The translations under genes and the position numbers were made by a program. A DNA stretch of 43,254 bases from Thraustochytrium aureum (taxonomy: Eukaryota), in contig BLSG01000214.1 of assembly GCA_012862495.1 (NCBI GenBank), positions 29,311-72,564 on the forward strand, read 5' to 3'. This document shows positions 1 to 11,742 of the stretch, piece after piece (position 1 is the first letter of the stretch; each line of letters begins with the position of its first letter). The notes below the pieces were generated by a model. The model saw only the letters and a program-made list of their open reading frames with translations, was not told the origin of the DNA and made no database searches.

Positions 1-40
1 GCTCGCTCGAGGCTTGCTCGCTCGAGGCTTGCTCGCTCGA
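1..40. repeat. 15-bp tandem repeat (gctcgctcgaggctt) x ~2.7, possibly truncated by the window edge
   Basis: Read directly: gctcgctcgaggctt gctcgctcgaggctt gctcgctcga. Confidence 0.8.
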
Positions 41-219
41 CTTGGTCGACCCGGGCCCTGCTCGATCGTCCCATTGTCTGCGCCCATCGAGGTCTGCTCG
101 CTCGTCCATTCCTCCCACGCTAGGCCTGCCCGTCCCGAGCCGTCGCGTTCAAAGCCTGCTCGTTCCAAGCCTGGCAGGGCGCCCTGTAGCTGGGACGCGG
201 GCGGTGCGGAGGCAGGGCG

Positions 220-1521
220 ATGGCCGACGCAGAGCTGCAACGCGGCAGCACGAGCGGGGCGCTGATTATGAAGGCCGAGTACGTGCTGGAAAAACTCAAG
301 ATCGCAAATTATGACTCGGAGTACTGCCTGCGCAAGAGCGTGACGCCGTTCGCCCGCACCTTTTTCACCGAGCCTGCAGCCAACGCCAACAGCCAGTGGG
401 GCGCGTTTCTCGGACTCGTTGACTGGATGATGAAGGAGATTGGCCACGAATTTAGCGTCGACAAGTACGACGACCCGAACACAAGCTCCAACAAGGTCAT
501 GCTCGCTCTCAAGCAGCTCAATTTTGAGAGCGACTTTCCCGTAACGCGGCTCAGGCAGGGCTACGGACAGGCGGTTTGCGACGTGCTCGACTTCCTCGCC
601 GACAAGCTCCTCAAAAAACGCGGCTTCAAGTTCCGCGAGCCAGAGTACCCCGAGACGGACGGCTTCGAAGAAGCCGAGGTTGACGACGCCGACCTCGGCA
701 CTACGGACGTGGCCGACGAAGCCTATGAGAGCGAAGAGGAGGACGTCCTGTACAGCGAGAACGTGCGCGCTGGGGGCAAGGCCCGGCTCGACGGCGAGGG
801 CAAGCGCGGCGAGGACGGGACCGAAGCCGACGCCAAAGACACGTCCATCCTTGAGGGAGAGCAGAGCCCCGAGTTCCTCAACGCGTGGCGCGCCGAGCTG
901 GAGCGCGTGGCCCCACGGCTCAAACGCAGGTTGCAAGCCTCAGGAAACGAGTGGCGCTCGCACCTCGAGCAAGTGCAGACCCACGACGTGACGATCCAAA
1001 AGGCCCTGCCGGACTGCACCAAGCAACTCAAGCAGATCAACGCAGACCTGTCCGAGTCGCTGGAGCGCATCGCAAACAAGGAGACTTTTCTGGCCAACAC
1101 CTTTGAGCATATTGCGCAAGAGTACGCCAAAGTGCAGGCCGCGCTCAAAACGGTCTCCGCCCAGTACGAGACTTCCAACGAGGCCGTGGAGAAACTCAGC
1201 AACGAGCTCAGCGCTGTGACAGAGGCCGTCGACGAGCTCAAAGGCGACATGGACTCGCGCGGCAACTCGATGGTGGACACCTCACCCTTGCAGAAGATTC
1301 GCAAGGCGCTGGCCAAACTCAAGGCGGAAATCAAGCAGATGGAGCTTCGCATCGGCGTCGTGGGCCACTCTCTCTTGCAGTCGAGCCTCGCGAGCGCGCA
1401 GGAAGCGAGGACGGCCAAGCAGTCGCTCGTAGGCCCCGAGGGCAACCTCAAGTCGCCGTCGGGGCTGGAAGCGGGCTTTGATCGGTCCCCGCGCTCACCC
1501 GTCGACTACGAACTCTTTTGA
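220..1521 (+). CDS. IFT57: Intraflagellar transport protein 57 (IFT-B, Hippi family)
   Basis: 433-aa ORF with IFT57-type segments LEKLK..NY, DKYDDPNT, FP..RLRQGYGQAVCDVLDFLAD, W..ELERVAPRLK, EWRSHLEQ, a long coiled coil and D.SPLQKIRKAL.KLK.EIKQMELRIGV. Confidence 0.93.
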   Translation: MADAELQRGSTSGALIMKAEYVLEKLKIANYDSEYCLRKSVTPFARTFFTEPAANANSQWGAFLGLVDWMMKEIGHEFSVDKYDDPNTSSNKVMLALKQLNFESDFPVTRLRQGYGQAVCDVLDFLADKLLKKRGFKFREPEYPETDGFEEAEVDDADLGTTDVADEAYESEEEDVLYSENVRAGGKARLDGEGKRGEDGTEADAKDTSILEGEQSPEFLNAWRAELERVAPRLKRRLQASGNEWRSHLEQVQTHDVTIQKALPDCTKQLKQINADLSESLERIANKETFLANTFEHIAQEYAKVQAALKTVSAQYETSNEAVEKLSNELSAVTEAVDELKGDMDSRGNSMVDTSPLQKIRKALAKLKAEIKQMELRIGVVGHSLLQSSLASAQEARTAKQSLVGPEGNLKSPSGLEAGFDRSPRSPVDYELF

Positions 1522-1820
1522 CTGACCGTCGCGCTGAAGGGGCGCGCCACCCAACGCCTCTCCAGCTGGACTTGTGGGATTGCAAGCAATTCAATCAAAC
1601 AATCACAGAAAGATCGAAAAATAGCGCTCCCCCTTCTTCTGATTGGTTTAGGCCTGCCGGGACGGCAAATGCTTGCTGGCAATACAGCGGTGTCTTCGGC
1701 CAGCCACACCTGACTTCCCTGGGCGCCCGGCCGGCGAGAAGCCTCTGGTACTGCTGGTTCGCCGCTTGCCTGCCTCGCTTCCAGGAGGGGGGGGGGCGGG
1801 GGCTCGCCTGCACGGCTCCC

Positions 1821-3915
1821 TTACTTTGAAGCCTTGCTCACCAGCTGCTCGAGCAGCGTCGTCAGTCGCGGCAGCATGGACCGGGGGTCGTCCGCGAGCC
1901 CAGCGGCAATGACAGCGTTGTCGAAGACCTGTCGCGCCACCAGCGAAGCGAGCTTGGCGTCCGTCTTTCGCAGGTCGTTGATCGCTCTAATGATCGGGTG
2001 GCCGATGTTGATCTCCAAGTGCTGCTTGGGCAGCGGCAAGGCGTCGTGCTCGCCCTCCTTGCCCTGCTGCACCATCTGCATCATGCGGCGCAGCGCGGCA
2101 GACTCGTGGTCCACCAGAATCGCGGGCGAGCTGCGCAGCCGCGTGCTGGGGCTAACCTCGCGCAAAACGTCAGATAGCTCAGTGGCAAGCCATTCCCGAA
2201 CGGCGGTGGCCTCCTCGTCTGCGAGCGGTGCCAAGTCGGCCTCGCCCTTGTCGCCTTCCTTCTTGTCACCAGCCTCTTCGGAGCTCTTCTTCTCCTTCGT
2301 GCCCGCAGGCAGGCTGACTTCGCCCGACTCGGCCGCAACGAGCTCGCGCCCCTGGTACTTTTGCAGGTTGTTCATAACAAAGTCGTCCATCGTGTTGTAC
2401 AGGAAGAGCACCTCAATGTTGGTGTTCTTGAACATCTCGTAGTACGGCGACGCCTCGGCCAGCTCGCGCGAGGGCGCAGAGAGGTAGTAGATCTTGTCCT
2501 GGCTCGGCTCGCACCGCGAGATGTACTCGTCCAGCGACGTGAGCTCGCCCTTTGACGACTGGTTGCTCGCGAACCGGAGGAGCTTGGCCACGTCATCCTG
2601 GTTCTCAAAGTCGGTGCAGACGCCCTCCTTGACAAAGTTACCAAACTCGAGCGCAAACTGTTTGTTGTAGGCAGCCGGGTCGCGCTTGGCCTCGTCCGAG
2701 AGGAGCTTGATGACCCGCCGAGTCAGGACACGCTTGATGTTGTTCAGCAGGCGGCTGTCCTGCAGGGTCTCGCGCGAGAGGCTGATCGGCAGGTCTTCGC
2801 TGTCGACCACGCCCTTGACGAACCGCATCCATTCCGGGAGCAGCTTGTTGGTGTTTTGCTCCAAGAGGACCCTGCGAGAGTAGAGGGTCACGCCTGGCTT
2901 CATGCGGCCCTGGCCGGGCTTCTCGCTGTGGGTTGTCGGAATGAACAGGAGCGCCTTCAGGTCGATCGGGACGTCCGTCACAAAGTGCAGCTTGTACAGC
3001 GGGTCGTCAAAGGCCCGCGCATTGAAGCGGTAGAACTCGGCGTACTCGGCGTCCGTGATCGAGCTCTTCTCGCGGGCCCAGATCGCCGAGACCTCGTTGG
3101 CCTTCTTGCCATCGACCAGCACGGGGAACCCGACGTAGTTCGAGTACCGCTTGATAATCGCCTCCACGTTCGTCGGGTCGGTGTACTCCGCAACGGCGTC
3201 GTCCTTGAGGTGGATCACGATCCGGCTCCCAGGGCCGGTAAACTCGGGCGCCTCGCTGATCTCAAAGTCATCGGTACCGGTCGACCGCCACACATGTGCG
3301 ACACCGCCGACGGCGCTACGAGAAAACACTTCCACCTCCTTGCCGACCATGAAGGCAGAGTAAAACCCCACGCCAAACTGGCCGATCACGTTCTTGGCCA
3401 CGTCGGCGCCCTTGGCCTGGGCCTCGACGAACGCCTTGGACCCGGACCGCGCGATGGTGCCCAGATTGTCCATCATCTCGGCCTTGGACATCCCCACGCC
3501 GGTGTCCTCCAGGGTCAGGATGCCCTTCTCTTTGTCAATGAAGATGCGGATCTCCAGTTCGCGCCCCTCCTCCTCGACGGTCTCGCCGGAGGCCTGCATG
3601 TGGCGAAACTTTTCTAGCGCATCTGCTGCGTTCGAGACCAGCTCGCGCAAGAAGATTTCCTTGTCAGTGTAGATCGAGTTGGTCACGATGTCCAGCAGCT
3701 TGCTCGTCTCGGCCTTGAACCCAGTGCTTCTCCTTGGCGGGTCCGGCGGCTTCCGTGCTCAGTCCGCGCGTGTACGACAGCGCTCCGACGTGGCTTGCGC
3801 TAACGAGCTGCACCCTCGACCTCGCGAGAGCTGCGCGAGCGCTCGCCACGGCGCTCTGCAGTCCGTGTCTCGCCTTGTGCGACCGAGCCGCTCTGGCGAC
3901 GCAGCTCCGCAGCAT
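1821..3915 (-). CDS. TRAP1: Mitochondrial Hsp90 (TRAP1/HSP75); one-base frameshift near 3723
   Basis: ORF 3664..3915 gives an Arg/Ala/Ser-rich presequence ending AGPAKEKH. After one extra base the frame reads GFKAETSKLLDIVTNSIYTDKEIFLRELVSNA, then LGTIARSGSKAF, IGQFGVGFYSAFMV and GVVDSEDLPISLSRETLQ. There is no charged linker and no MEEVD or KDEL tail. Confidence 0.92.
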
Positions 3916-4064
3916 TTTCCACGGCCAATTCGCTCACTTTGCGCCCGCGGACCTTCGGCCTCTGCCCTGCTGCGCACTTGCTCGACCACTCTCCAGCTAG
4001 CGAGCACAGCTGCGTCCCTCTTGCGCGAGGCTTTGGGTCTGTCGACCGCGTGCAGTTTCGTTCT

Positions 4065-4072
4065 TGACGTCA
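4065..4072. promoter_or_regulatory. Perfect CRE-type palindrome TGACGTCA about 150 bp upstream of the TRAP1 start
   Basis: ttcttgacgtcagc seen in sequence; any function is unproven. Confidence 0.25.
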
Positions 4073-4510
4073 GCCACCCGAGCCGCACCTTTTCTTGCTT
4101 GTTTCGTCTGGTTTTTGGCAAGTTTTTGGCAAGTTTTTTTTTCCAGAACGATGCTGGCCTGCTCGGGGCGATGCGATGCGCGTCGCGCAACTGCGCGCTG
4201 CCGCCCGATGCGCTGCAGCGACGCGCACCGAGCACCAGCACGGCCCTGTACTCCTCGATGCCGAGCTGGGCTTTTCTTTCTTTTCGATTTTCCGAGCCCG
4301 ATGTGGCTAGGCCAGTCCGTGGTCGAGGACGAGGACGCCCGCCGGCCATCAACAGCTGCGAGATCGGCGCGGCTTGCCGGCTGGCCAGCGCAAGTTTGGT
4401 ACCAGTACCGGTACGTCGCAAAAGCTTCAAAATGGGGTTACAGTTGACACTTGGACGCCGCCGCGCAAGCCGCCCGGTCAAGCCGCAAGTTTGGGACTCG
4501 GGCCGCGCCG

Positions 4511-6234
4511 CTAAGGCGACGGCGGAGCCGCAGTGCGCTCCAGGGTATCCGCGATGGAGATCTCCGAGAATTTGAGCCGCGGCGAAGGCGACACGACGGG
4601 GCCCTGACGTCTAGCACCAGTCGTGCCGCGTCGGAGCGTAGACGCACCTGCAGTTCCCATGGCGGCGGCCCAGCCTTTGCGGAGCTTGATGCTCATTGTG
4701 CGCCTGGCTTTCGTCAGAGTGACCACCGCTGCGTTTCGCTTGCGCATACTCGGCCGAGGGAACGGCTGTGCGGCCCACTCAGGCTTGGCGTCGACATAGT
4801 CTTGCAAGGCGTAGGCCATCCCGTGAAGGAAGGGGTTCCAGTCCGTCACCTGTGCGATGCGCTGGCTCCTGAGCAAGCTCGCGAGCCACTCGGGCAGCTC
4901 GTTTGACATCGGGTTGTTCACTGTGACTTCCAAGACAGCATGCGGCATCGAGTAGGCCTCCCCCGGGGCCACGGTGCCACTTGAGCACGAGCTCTGCGAC
5001 GTGGCGCCGGTGAACGAGCTTGCGAGCGAGCCGCCGACATCAAGCTCGCCCGCCACGGAGCGGCCGCCGTTCGCGGACTCGAAGCGGCGAAACCAACGCG
5101 GCTCGCGGGACGTGTCGACGTGGACGTCGGCAGCGAGAAAGGCGTACCGGTTGGAGAGCTCAAGCGTGACAACCTCGCTCTCGAACACGGTGCGCGAGTA
5201 GTGCGTTTGCAGCACCGGGCGGAGCTGCTTGTCTTGGATGAGATCGGCCATGTAGCTGAACAGCTTGCGGATGCGCTGCTGCTGCGAGTACGGCGCGCCG
5301 CCGTTGCGCAGCTCGTCCAGCAGAGTATCCGAGGTCAGCTTGCCGCGCAGAAAAGCGCCCACCTGCTCCTCGCGCAACGTGAACGACTGCGTAAAGCTTT
5401 CCGAGCTTGACCGCGAGACCAATTCGACGAAAACCAGCTCAGGGTCGTCCGTCGCAAACCAGGCCAGACGGACCAGCGCCGCGCGGGGGCTGCCCCCCGT
5501 CCACCGGTGGTACAGCTCGCCCTGCGCGTTGTCCAAGTACACGCAAGCGCACGAGCTGGAGGACCCTTGCAGCGCATTGACCATGTCCCGTCGTCGAGAT
5601 TGCGCTCCTTCATGTGCACTTTGGCAACCCGCATAAGTCGGGGTGCGTCTTCTGAGCGGATCCAAAAGCGCGAGACGTGCTTTTGAGGGGCGCGGTCGTC
5701 CTCGAGGCGGCGCTGCGCAATATCCGCGTGCAGGCCGCGGCGCTCTTCCAGGCTCGCGCCTTCAAAGTAGTCGGCAAAGCCCTGGCGCACCCATTCCTGC
5801 TCGGCCCGCAGTTTTGTCAGGTAGATCGCACGACATGGCGTTGCCATGCAGCGGTCGTGCAGCTTGAGCAGCTCGTTGACCCCGAGGTAGTTGAGGTTGA
5901 CAAACCGCTCGAGGCGCTGGAAGCGGTTGTGCAAACCGTCCGCGTCCGAGCGCCGCGGCCCGCTTTGCAGCGACTCCTTGATGGCGAGCATCTCGCGCTT
6001 GGCAAACCCGTCCACCTTGAGCAGCTCGGCTTCGAGCATGGCTTGAAAGGACTGCTGCGAAGAAGCGGCGGCGCGCTGGACCACTGTTGTGGACCCGCGA
6101 AAGTCGCTGCTCGGGTTGGCGTCTATTTTTGCGACCTCGAGCATCCGCAAGTGCAGCTTCAGGCCTTCGTAGCTGATGTAGTGGTCTCGCCACTGTTGCT
6201 CCATGTTTTTGTGCAGGTGCTCTTTGAACCTCAT
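4511..6234 (-). CDS. SPX domain + degenerate VTC (polyphosphate polymerase-like, TTM-fold) domain; no TM anchor visible; frameshift near 5588
   Basis: SPX: MRFKEHL..QWRDHYISYEGLK, F...LEAELLKVDGF, LERFVNLNYLG...LLKLHDR. VTC: SRFWI, CVYLDN..ELY, VRLAWF, VFVE, LRPVLQTHYSRTVF, PHAVLEV, PEWL..L, FLHG. The two ORFs (5335..6654 and 4511..5665) join if one G is restored at about 5587-5589. Confidence 0.8.
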
Positions 6235-7386
6235 TCTGGCCCGAGTGCCCGCCAACGCGCTGGCGCCGCCTTGCGCCCGCCTGGACGTCGACGAGGGCAG
6301 CCCGCTTGCAACCAACAAGGCGTTTCTTGTGCGTTGCCGCCGCAGCGGGGTAGCGCAAGTGCGGCCGGCTGTATTTGTGCTGCGGGACGAACGCCCGCCC
6401 TGCGCCCGTTCAGTATTCTGTCTGTCACCTGCGCTGCTCGAGCTTTCGCAAGACCGACACGGGTTGGACGGACCTGAACTGCGCGCGTGAGCTGCTCGGC
6501 CTTTGTTGCAGATGTTTTGCTCCAAAGGCGACTGGGCTCGAAACCAAGGGCCTGTCAAGAAAGGGCCAGGGACTGCCAGAACCAAGGCCGCTGGGAGCAA
6601 CGAGTGCTCGCTGCTGCAAGCTGCCAGCACCGGCTGCTTCTCGCCTGCCTCCACGAGCCGCTTTCTGGCTTTGGCAGAGGACCTACTAGCTGTACACGTC
6701 CGGCGATCGACTCGCGCGCTCTTTCAAAGTGGCCGCTGCACCACAAACTGNNNNNNNNNNNNNNNNNNNNNNNNNNNNNNNNNNNNNNNNNNNNNNNNNN
6801 NNNNNNNNNNNNNNNNNNNNNNNNNNNNNNNNNNNNNNNNNNNNNNNNNNNNNNNNNNNNNNNNNNNNNNNNNNNNNNNNNNNNNNNNNNNNNNNNNNNN
6901 NNNNNNNNNNNNNNNNNNNNNNNNNNNNNNNNNNNNNNNNNNNNNNNNNNNNNNNNNNNNNNNNNNNNNNNNNNNNNNNNNNNNNNNNNNNNNNNNNNNN
7001 NNNNNNNNNNNNNNNNNNNNNNNNNNNNNNNNNNNNNNNNNNNNNNNNNNNNNNNNNNNNNNNNNNNNNNNNNNNNNNNNNNNNNNNNNNNNNNNNNNNN
7101 NNNNNNNNNNNNNNNNNNNNNNNNNNNNNNNNNNNNNNNNNNNNNNNNNNNNNNNNNACGAGAACAGAACGAGACGCCAGGAAGGAAGCAGGAGCAGAGC
7201 AGTCGAGGGAGTCAGGCAGGCAGGCCTCGAACGGACGAACGCGAGGGCGAGGCCGGCGGCGCGGACTGGGGACTGCCAGCACGCGCGCGCGCAAGCCGAG
7301 CGCGCGACCAACCAATCGCGCTCTTGGCTCGGCCCGCCAGGGCGCCGGAGGTGCCGGCCGGAGTGCTGGACGACCGGGTCGCAGGG

Positions 7387-9472
7387 ATGGCGGTCGAGCT
7401 GGACCGCGAGCGCCCGTTTCATGAAGGGCGCGTTCCTGTGCGCGTGGAGCGGCAAGGCGAGGCCGGGTCGAGCAAGCAGGAGATGCTGACGCTGCGCGTG
7501 ATCCCAGGAGCGATGAAGACGCCGCAGGGGCAGCGCGTGGGACTCATGCACATGGAGATTACCAAGGACGACGACCACCTGTTTCTTTACACGCTGGACG
7601 TTTCGGAAGACGAGTTCCATCAGCTCAAGTCTGAGCAGAGCCTGTTGGTAGACTTTGCCTCGTTTCCGCCAAAGTTCGTAGAGCTCCTGAGCGGCTGCAC
7701 AAACCCTGGCGCCGGATCAGGCAACTCCCTACCAGGCGCCGGCAGCGCTGGCTGCGGCAAGTTTGTGGCGGTGCTGGACCTCTCGGGCCTGCCCACGTTG
7801 AAGATCGTCGAGGCGAACCAGTTTAAGCAACTTACGCACCTGTCGCTGCGCTTCCAGGCGGCAACGGACGCGTCGACCAAAGTGTACCTCGCCAGCCGAC
7901 TCTCCCTCGCCGAGCGCGAGGCCGCCGAGCGCGGCGCCAGGCTCGCCGAAGCCGGCGCCCAGCTTGCGCAGGCTCGCGAGGCCAACGCTGCGCTGGAGCG
8001 CAAGCTCCAGGCCGTCACAAGTGAGCTCGCGACGAGCGCCGAGCACCTTCGCGGCTCGCACGCCGAGGCATTGGCGAAGCAAAAGGAGGAGTCCCTAAAA
8101 CTCCTTTCGCAAACGCAGACCGCCGCGGCGGAGCAAGCGCGCAAGCAGAGCGAGGCTTCAGAGCGTCGCATGAGCGAGCTCGAAGCCCAGCTCGCCGCTC
8201 TGCAAACCGATCACCGCGCGCTTTACGAAGCCAAGGCTGCGCTGGAAGGCGAATGCCAGCAACTCAGGCTCAAAGTGAGCTCGCTGGAGGCCCAGTCCGA
8301 GGGCGGACTAGCCGATCTTGCCGCTCTGCGCTCGAGCAACCGCGAGCTTGACGCGGCCAAATTTGAGCTCGAAAAGAAGCTGAGCGAGCAGCAACTCACC
8401 CTCGTTGCACTCAAGCAGGAGCTCAAGGACAAAGAGGAGCGCCTTAGCAAGACGGACGCGCAACTGGAAGAGGCGACGCAGCGTCGCGGCCTCGCAGAAG
8501 ACCGTGCCGCACACTACAAATCCGCGACGCAAAAGCTACAGCGCAAGCTAGAGCTCAGCATCAAAGAGATCAACAAGGGAAACAGCGTCATCGAGGAGCT
8601 CCAGGACGAGTTGCAGCAGCTCGGCGACCGCATCAAGACCAAAAACGTCGTCATTCGCCAGCAGGAGAAGCTGGTTGGCCAGCTCCAGGCGCAGCTTGAG
8701 GATGCGCAGGCCGTCGCGACGCGCGGCAAAGAGCTGCTCGAGGAGGAGCGGGCGCACGGCCGCGAGCTCAAGCGCGCGCTCGAGACGAGCAAAGCCAAGC
8801 TCGAAGAGTGCAACACGATGCTCGAGTCGAACCAAAACGTCATTGCTTTCCTCAACAAGGAGATCAACCAGGCCCAGGGCCGCTCGTACCTCGGAGGGCC
8901 GCACGCCGCCGCGCTTCCGACGTCGCGCGCTCTGGCGATCGACTTTGCGTCGCCCTCGAGCCGCTCGGACCTCGACTTTCTGACTACGCCGGTGAGCCAG
9001 CCGTTCTCGAGGCTCGGAGCGGGCACCTCTCCGATCTCCCCGGGCCTTGGGGGCCCGCTCGCCCTTCTCCCTGCGCTCGGCGCGTCGCCGCTCGACCTCG
9101 GAGACGACCTCGAGAACAGACCGCCGCAAGTAAACAGCAACGTCGCGCTGGGGCCCGGGCCGTCCTTTCCCCGCAAGAGCGGCGATGGCCCTCAGCGCTT
9201 CGCCGGTTCCGCGGAGCGTCGTGAGGCGCAAGCCCGAGGCACCAAAGGCAGCGACGAGGACNNNNNNNNNNNNNNNNNNNNNNNNNNNNNNNNNNNNNNN
9301 NNNNNNNNNNNNNNNNNNNNNNNNNNNNNNNNNNNNNNNNNNNNNNNNNNNNNNNNNNNNNNNNNNNNNNNNNNNNNNNNNNNNNNNNNNNNNNGGCGAC
9401 GAGGACCTTGCAAGGTATATTTCCCCTCGAGGAGCTCGGGACGAGCCAAGACCAGAGCCGGCGGTTGTGTAG
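7387..9472 (+). CDS. SAS6: Centriole cartwheel protein SAS-6 (3' end spans gap 9262-9394; stop at 9472 or 9531)
   Basis: Head domain EITKDDDHLFLYTLDVSEDEFHQLKSEQSLLVDFASFPPKFVELL and LKIVEANQFKQLTHLSLRF, followed by a coiled coil with EINKGN.VIE.LQ and LESNQNVIAFLNKEIN, then a disordered tail. Confidence 0.92.
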
Positions 9473-9861
9473 CTCCGGCTCGCGAGTGGCGTCGCGAAGC
9501 CCCCAGCTTCAACTCGGTCAGGGTATCCTAGTGGGTAGGCAGATAACGTGAAGTGGAAATTGCTTGTCGTGCTGACGCGGTCCCAAATTACCCAGTCCGC
9601 GACAGCGGATCTGCAGCCCGCCCTATCCGCTGGAGCCACTCGAATTGCTCTGTGTGCGCGCACAGCCGTCACAACCTCGATCGCAAGAGAGGGCTATCGA
9701 CTGCTCTGACGCGGCATGTCCGCGCGAGGCCCGTTCTTCGGCTCCCAACCTCGCATTCAATCAAGCACTGTAAATTCGGAACTTGGCGAGAAAGCCAGCG
9801 GCAGGAGCAGCGACCGAAAACGTCATCATCTACGCATGCAAACTCGTTCATCGCCGCAAAT

Positions 9862-11071
9862 TCACTTGACCAAGGAGCCCCAGAAAGAGCCCACCTTGGG
9901 CTTGGCCTCGGCGATCTCGGCCGGTATCGGCTCCGCCTTAATCGCCTTTAGCGTGGCTGCTTCTTGCAGCGTGGTCATCGGCATCTCCGAAGTCGGCGCC
10001 GGCGCGGGCATGGGAACAGCCGGGGCGACGCCGACCGCGCCGCGCAACCCGCCCTGAATGGCAGCCCCGAGCGTGCCCTTGCGTTGGTTGGCCAGCTGCT
10101 TGGCGCGCTCTTCTTGCTCTCGTCGAAACTCGGAAGCCACGTCCTTGCCTTTGTACTTTGCGATCTCCGTGCGAACGTCGGGGACATCGCGCATCACGAG
10201 GTCCTCAAGGAAGGGGACCAAGTCCATGAGAGCCGTGTCTGGGCTGTGCGGGTCGGTGAACGGCTTGATAGCAATGACGTTGTCCGGATGCTTGGCCACG
10301 CACTTGGGCTGGTCGTCCACAACAACGACGCGCTTGATGTCTCGGTTCAGAGGGGCCGAGGTCTTTGACGTACTCGCCCTCCTCGTAAATTGACGCCTCG
10401 CGGTACAGTCTGTTGCCCATGATGAACATCGGGTCGAGGCTCATCACAAACGGCTCCAGAAACATGCGGTGGCCCGTAGTGAAGAGCACCACCTCGTAGA
10501 ACTGGTACACGCGTCGCAGAAACTGGTCTACGCCTGGGCGCTTCACTGCCCGCCAGCCGTTCTTCCGGTCCCACTCCAGGTGGCACAGCGTGTCTTCAAA
10601 GTCGAGCACCAGCGTGCGAGGGGGCGTCGTTCCGGGGGGGACTTGCTCCGGGGTGAAATCCGGGAGCAGCGCGTCGCTGATCGGGTCGGTGAACGACTTG
10701 ACTGACTCGCCAACCTGGCTTTTCACAAACTTGTATCCCTCCTCCAGCACGGTGCCGCGGAAAAGGTTTTGATCAAACCAGCGCTGCCCTTCCTCGGAAA
10801 ACGCAAAGAAGGCGCCCAGGCCGACGAGTCCAAAGCCCGCAACCACGCCGACGCCTGCGAGCGACCCACTTTCGCCGGCGTTCGACGCGCCGAGAGCTTC
10901 GGCCTGCGCCGCGCGTTTCTTGGCCAGCTCCTCTGCGATTGCGCGTGACCGCGGCACTCCCTTACCGCTCTCCTCGCTCATCGCGCGCTTCCATCCTGCG
11001 CAGCTGCCTCGCCTGAGGCCCGCCGCGGCAGTGCCTGCTGTCCGCGTCCGAAGTACATTTACGAGCGCCAT
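9862..11071 (-). CDS. TIM50: Mitochondrial import translocase subunit TIM50 (FCP1-like domain); frameshift at about 10352-10355
   Basis: Presequence, one TM segment (VGVVAGFGLVGLGAFFAF), FTDP..ALLP, RTLVLDFEDTL.HLEWDRKNGWR.VKRPGVDQFL, YEVVLFT, then YVKDLGP/LNRDIKRVVVVDD after removing one C, and DTALMDLVPFLE.L...VPDVR. Confidence 0.9.
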
Positions 11072-11382
11072 CGCGACGGCGCACAGGCTCGCGAGGCGCG
11101 AATCGTCCACAAAGGCCGCCGTAACCAACCTTGGATTCCGCGAGTGGGCGCTCCTGCTCGCCCTCCGTCCGGGCTGACCGTGCCTCCGTTGCCTCGATGC
11201 GGGTCTGCTCTTCCTCGCATTCCTCAACGCGCGTGAGGTCCAAGCAAACGACAGGCGTGGAAGGCAGAACAGAGTTCTCTTGTTCGGCCGTCCTCCAGTT
11301 CCACATCAGAGCGGAACAGGAGTAGTCGAGCGCATCGCTCGGCGTCGATCGATGCAACTGGTCGATGCGCTCGGTAGGCTTG

Positions 11383-11600
11383 GTCGGTTGATCGGTGCAC
11401 TCGACGATGATCGGTGTGCTCGAAGATGTTTGATGCGCTCGGCCGTTGCGCTCGGCGTCGATCGATGCGCTCGGTGTCGGTTGATCGGTGCACTCGACGA
11501 TGATCGGTGTGCTCAAAGATGTTTGATGCGCTCGGCCGTTGCGCTCGGCGTCGATCGATGCGCTCGGTGTCGGTTGATCGATGCACTCGACGATGATCGA
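11383..11600. repeat. 93-bp tandem repeat (minisatellite), ~2.3 copies with degenerate flanking sub-units
   Basis: Unit gtcggttgatcggtgcactcgacgatgatcggtgtgctc...gatcgatgcgctcggt starts at 11383, 11476 and 11569. Confidence 0.9.
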
Positions 11601-11742
11601 TGCGCTTGGCGCTGTTCGGTGCGGTTGGCGCTCGTCTCTGTTGCACAGGGCAGATCAGAACGGGTGTATTGCTCATTGGAAAGTTCTTTCTCGCCCACAA
11701 CGAGCTCTCTATGTTATATGTCAGGCAAACAACGCAGAGGGT

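Noticed and set aside
3679..4575. 298-aa + strand ORF and 240-aa - strand ORF between TRAP1 and SPX-VTC
   Set aside because: Non-ATG starts, Arg/Ser/Ala-rich composition, overlap with TRAP1 and with T-tract promoter sequence; typical GC-rich shadow ORFs
1821..11071. TRAP1 and TIM50 as pseudogenes
   Set aside because: Each has a single indel, intact motifs on both sides and strong codon bias; sequencing error is more parsimonious
11383..11600. CRISPR-like array or repeat-encoded protein (ORFs 10962..11516, 11224..11700, 11280..11789)
   Set aside because: The units are contiguous with no unique spacers, the context is eukaryotic and no cas genes are present. The ORFs are open only because the unit length is a multiple of three.
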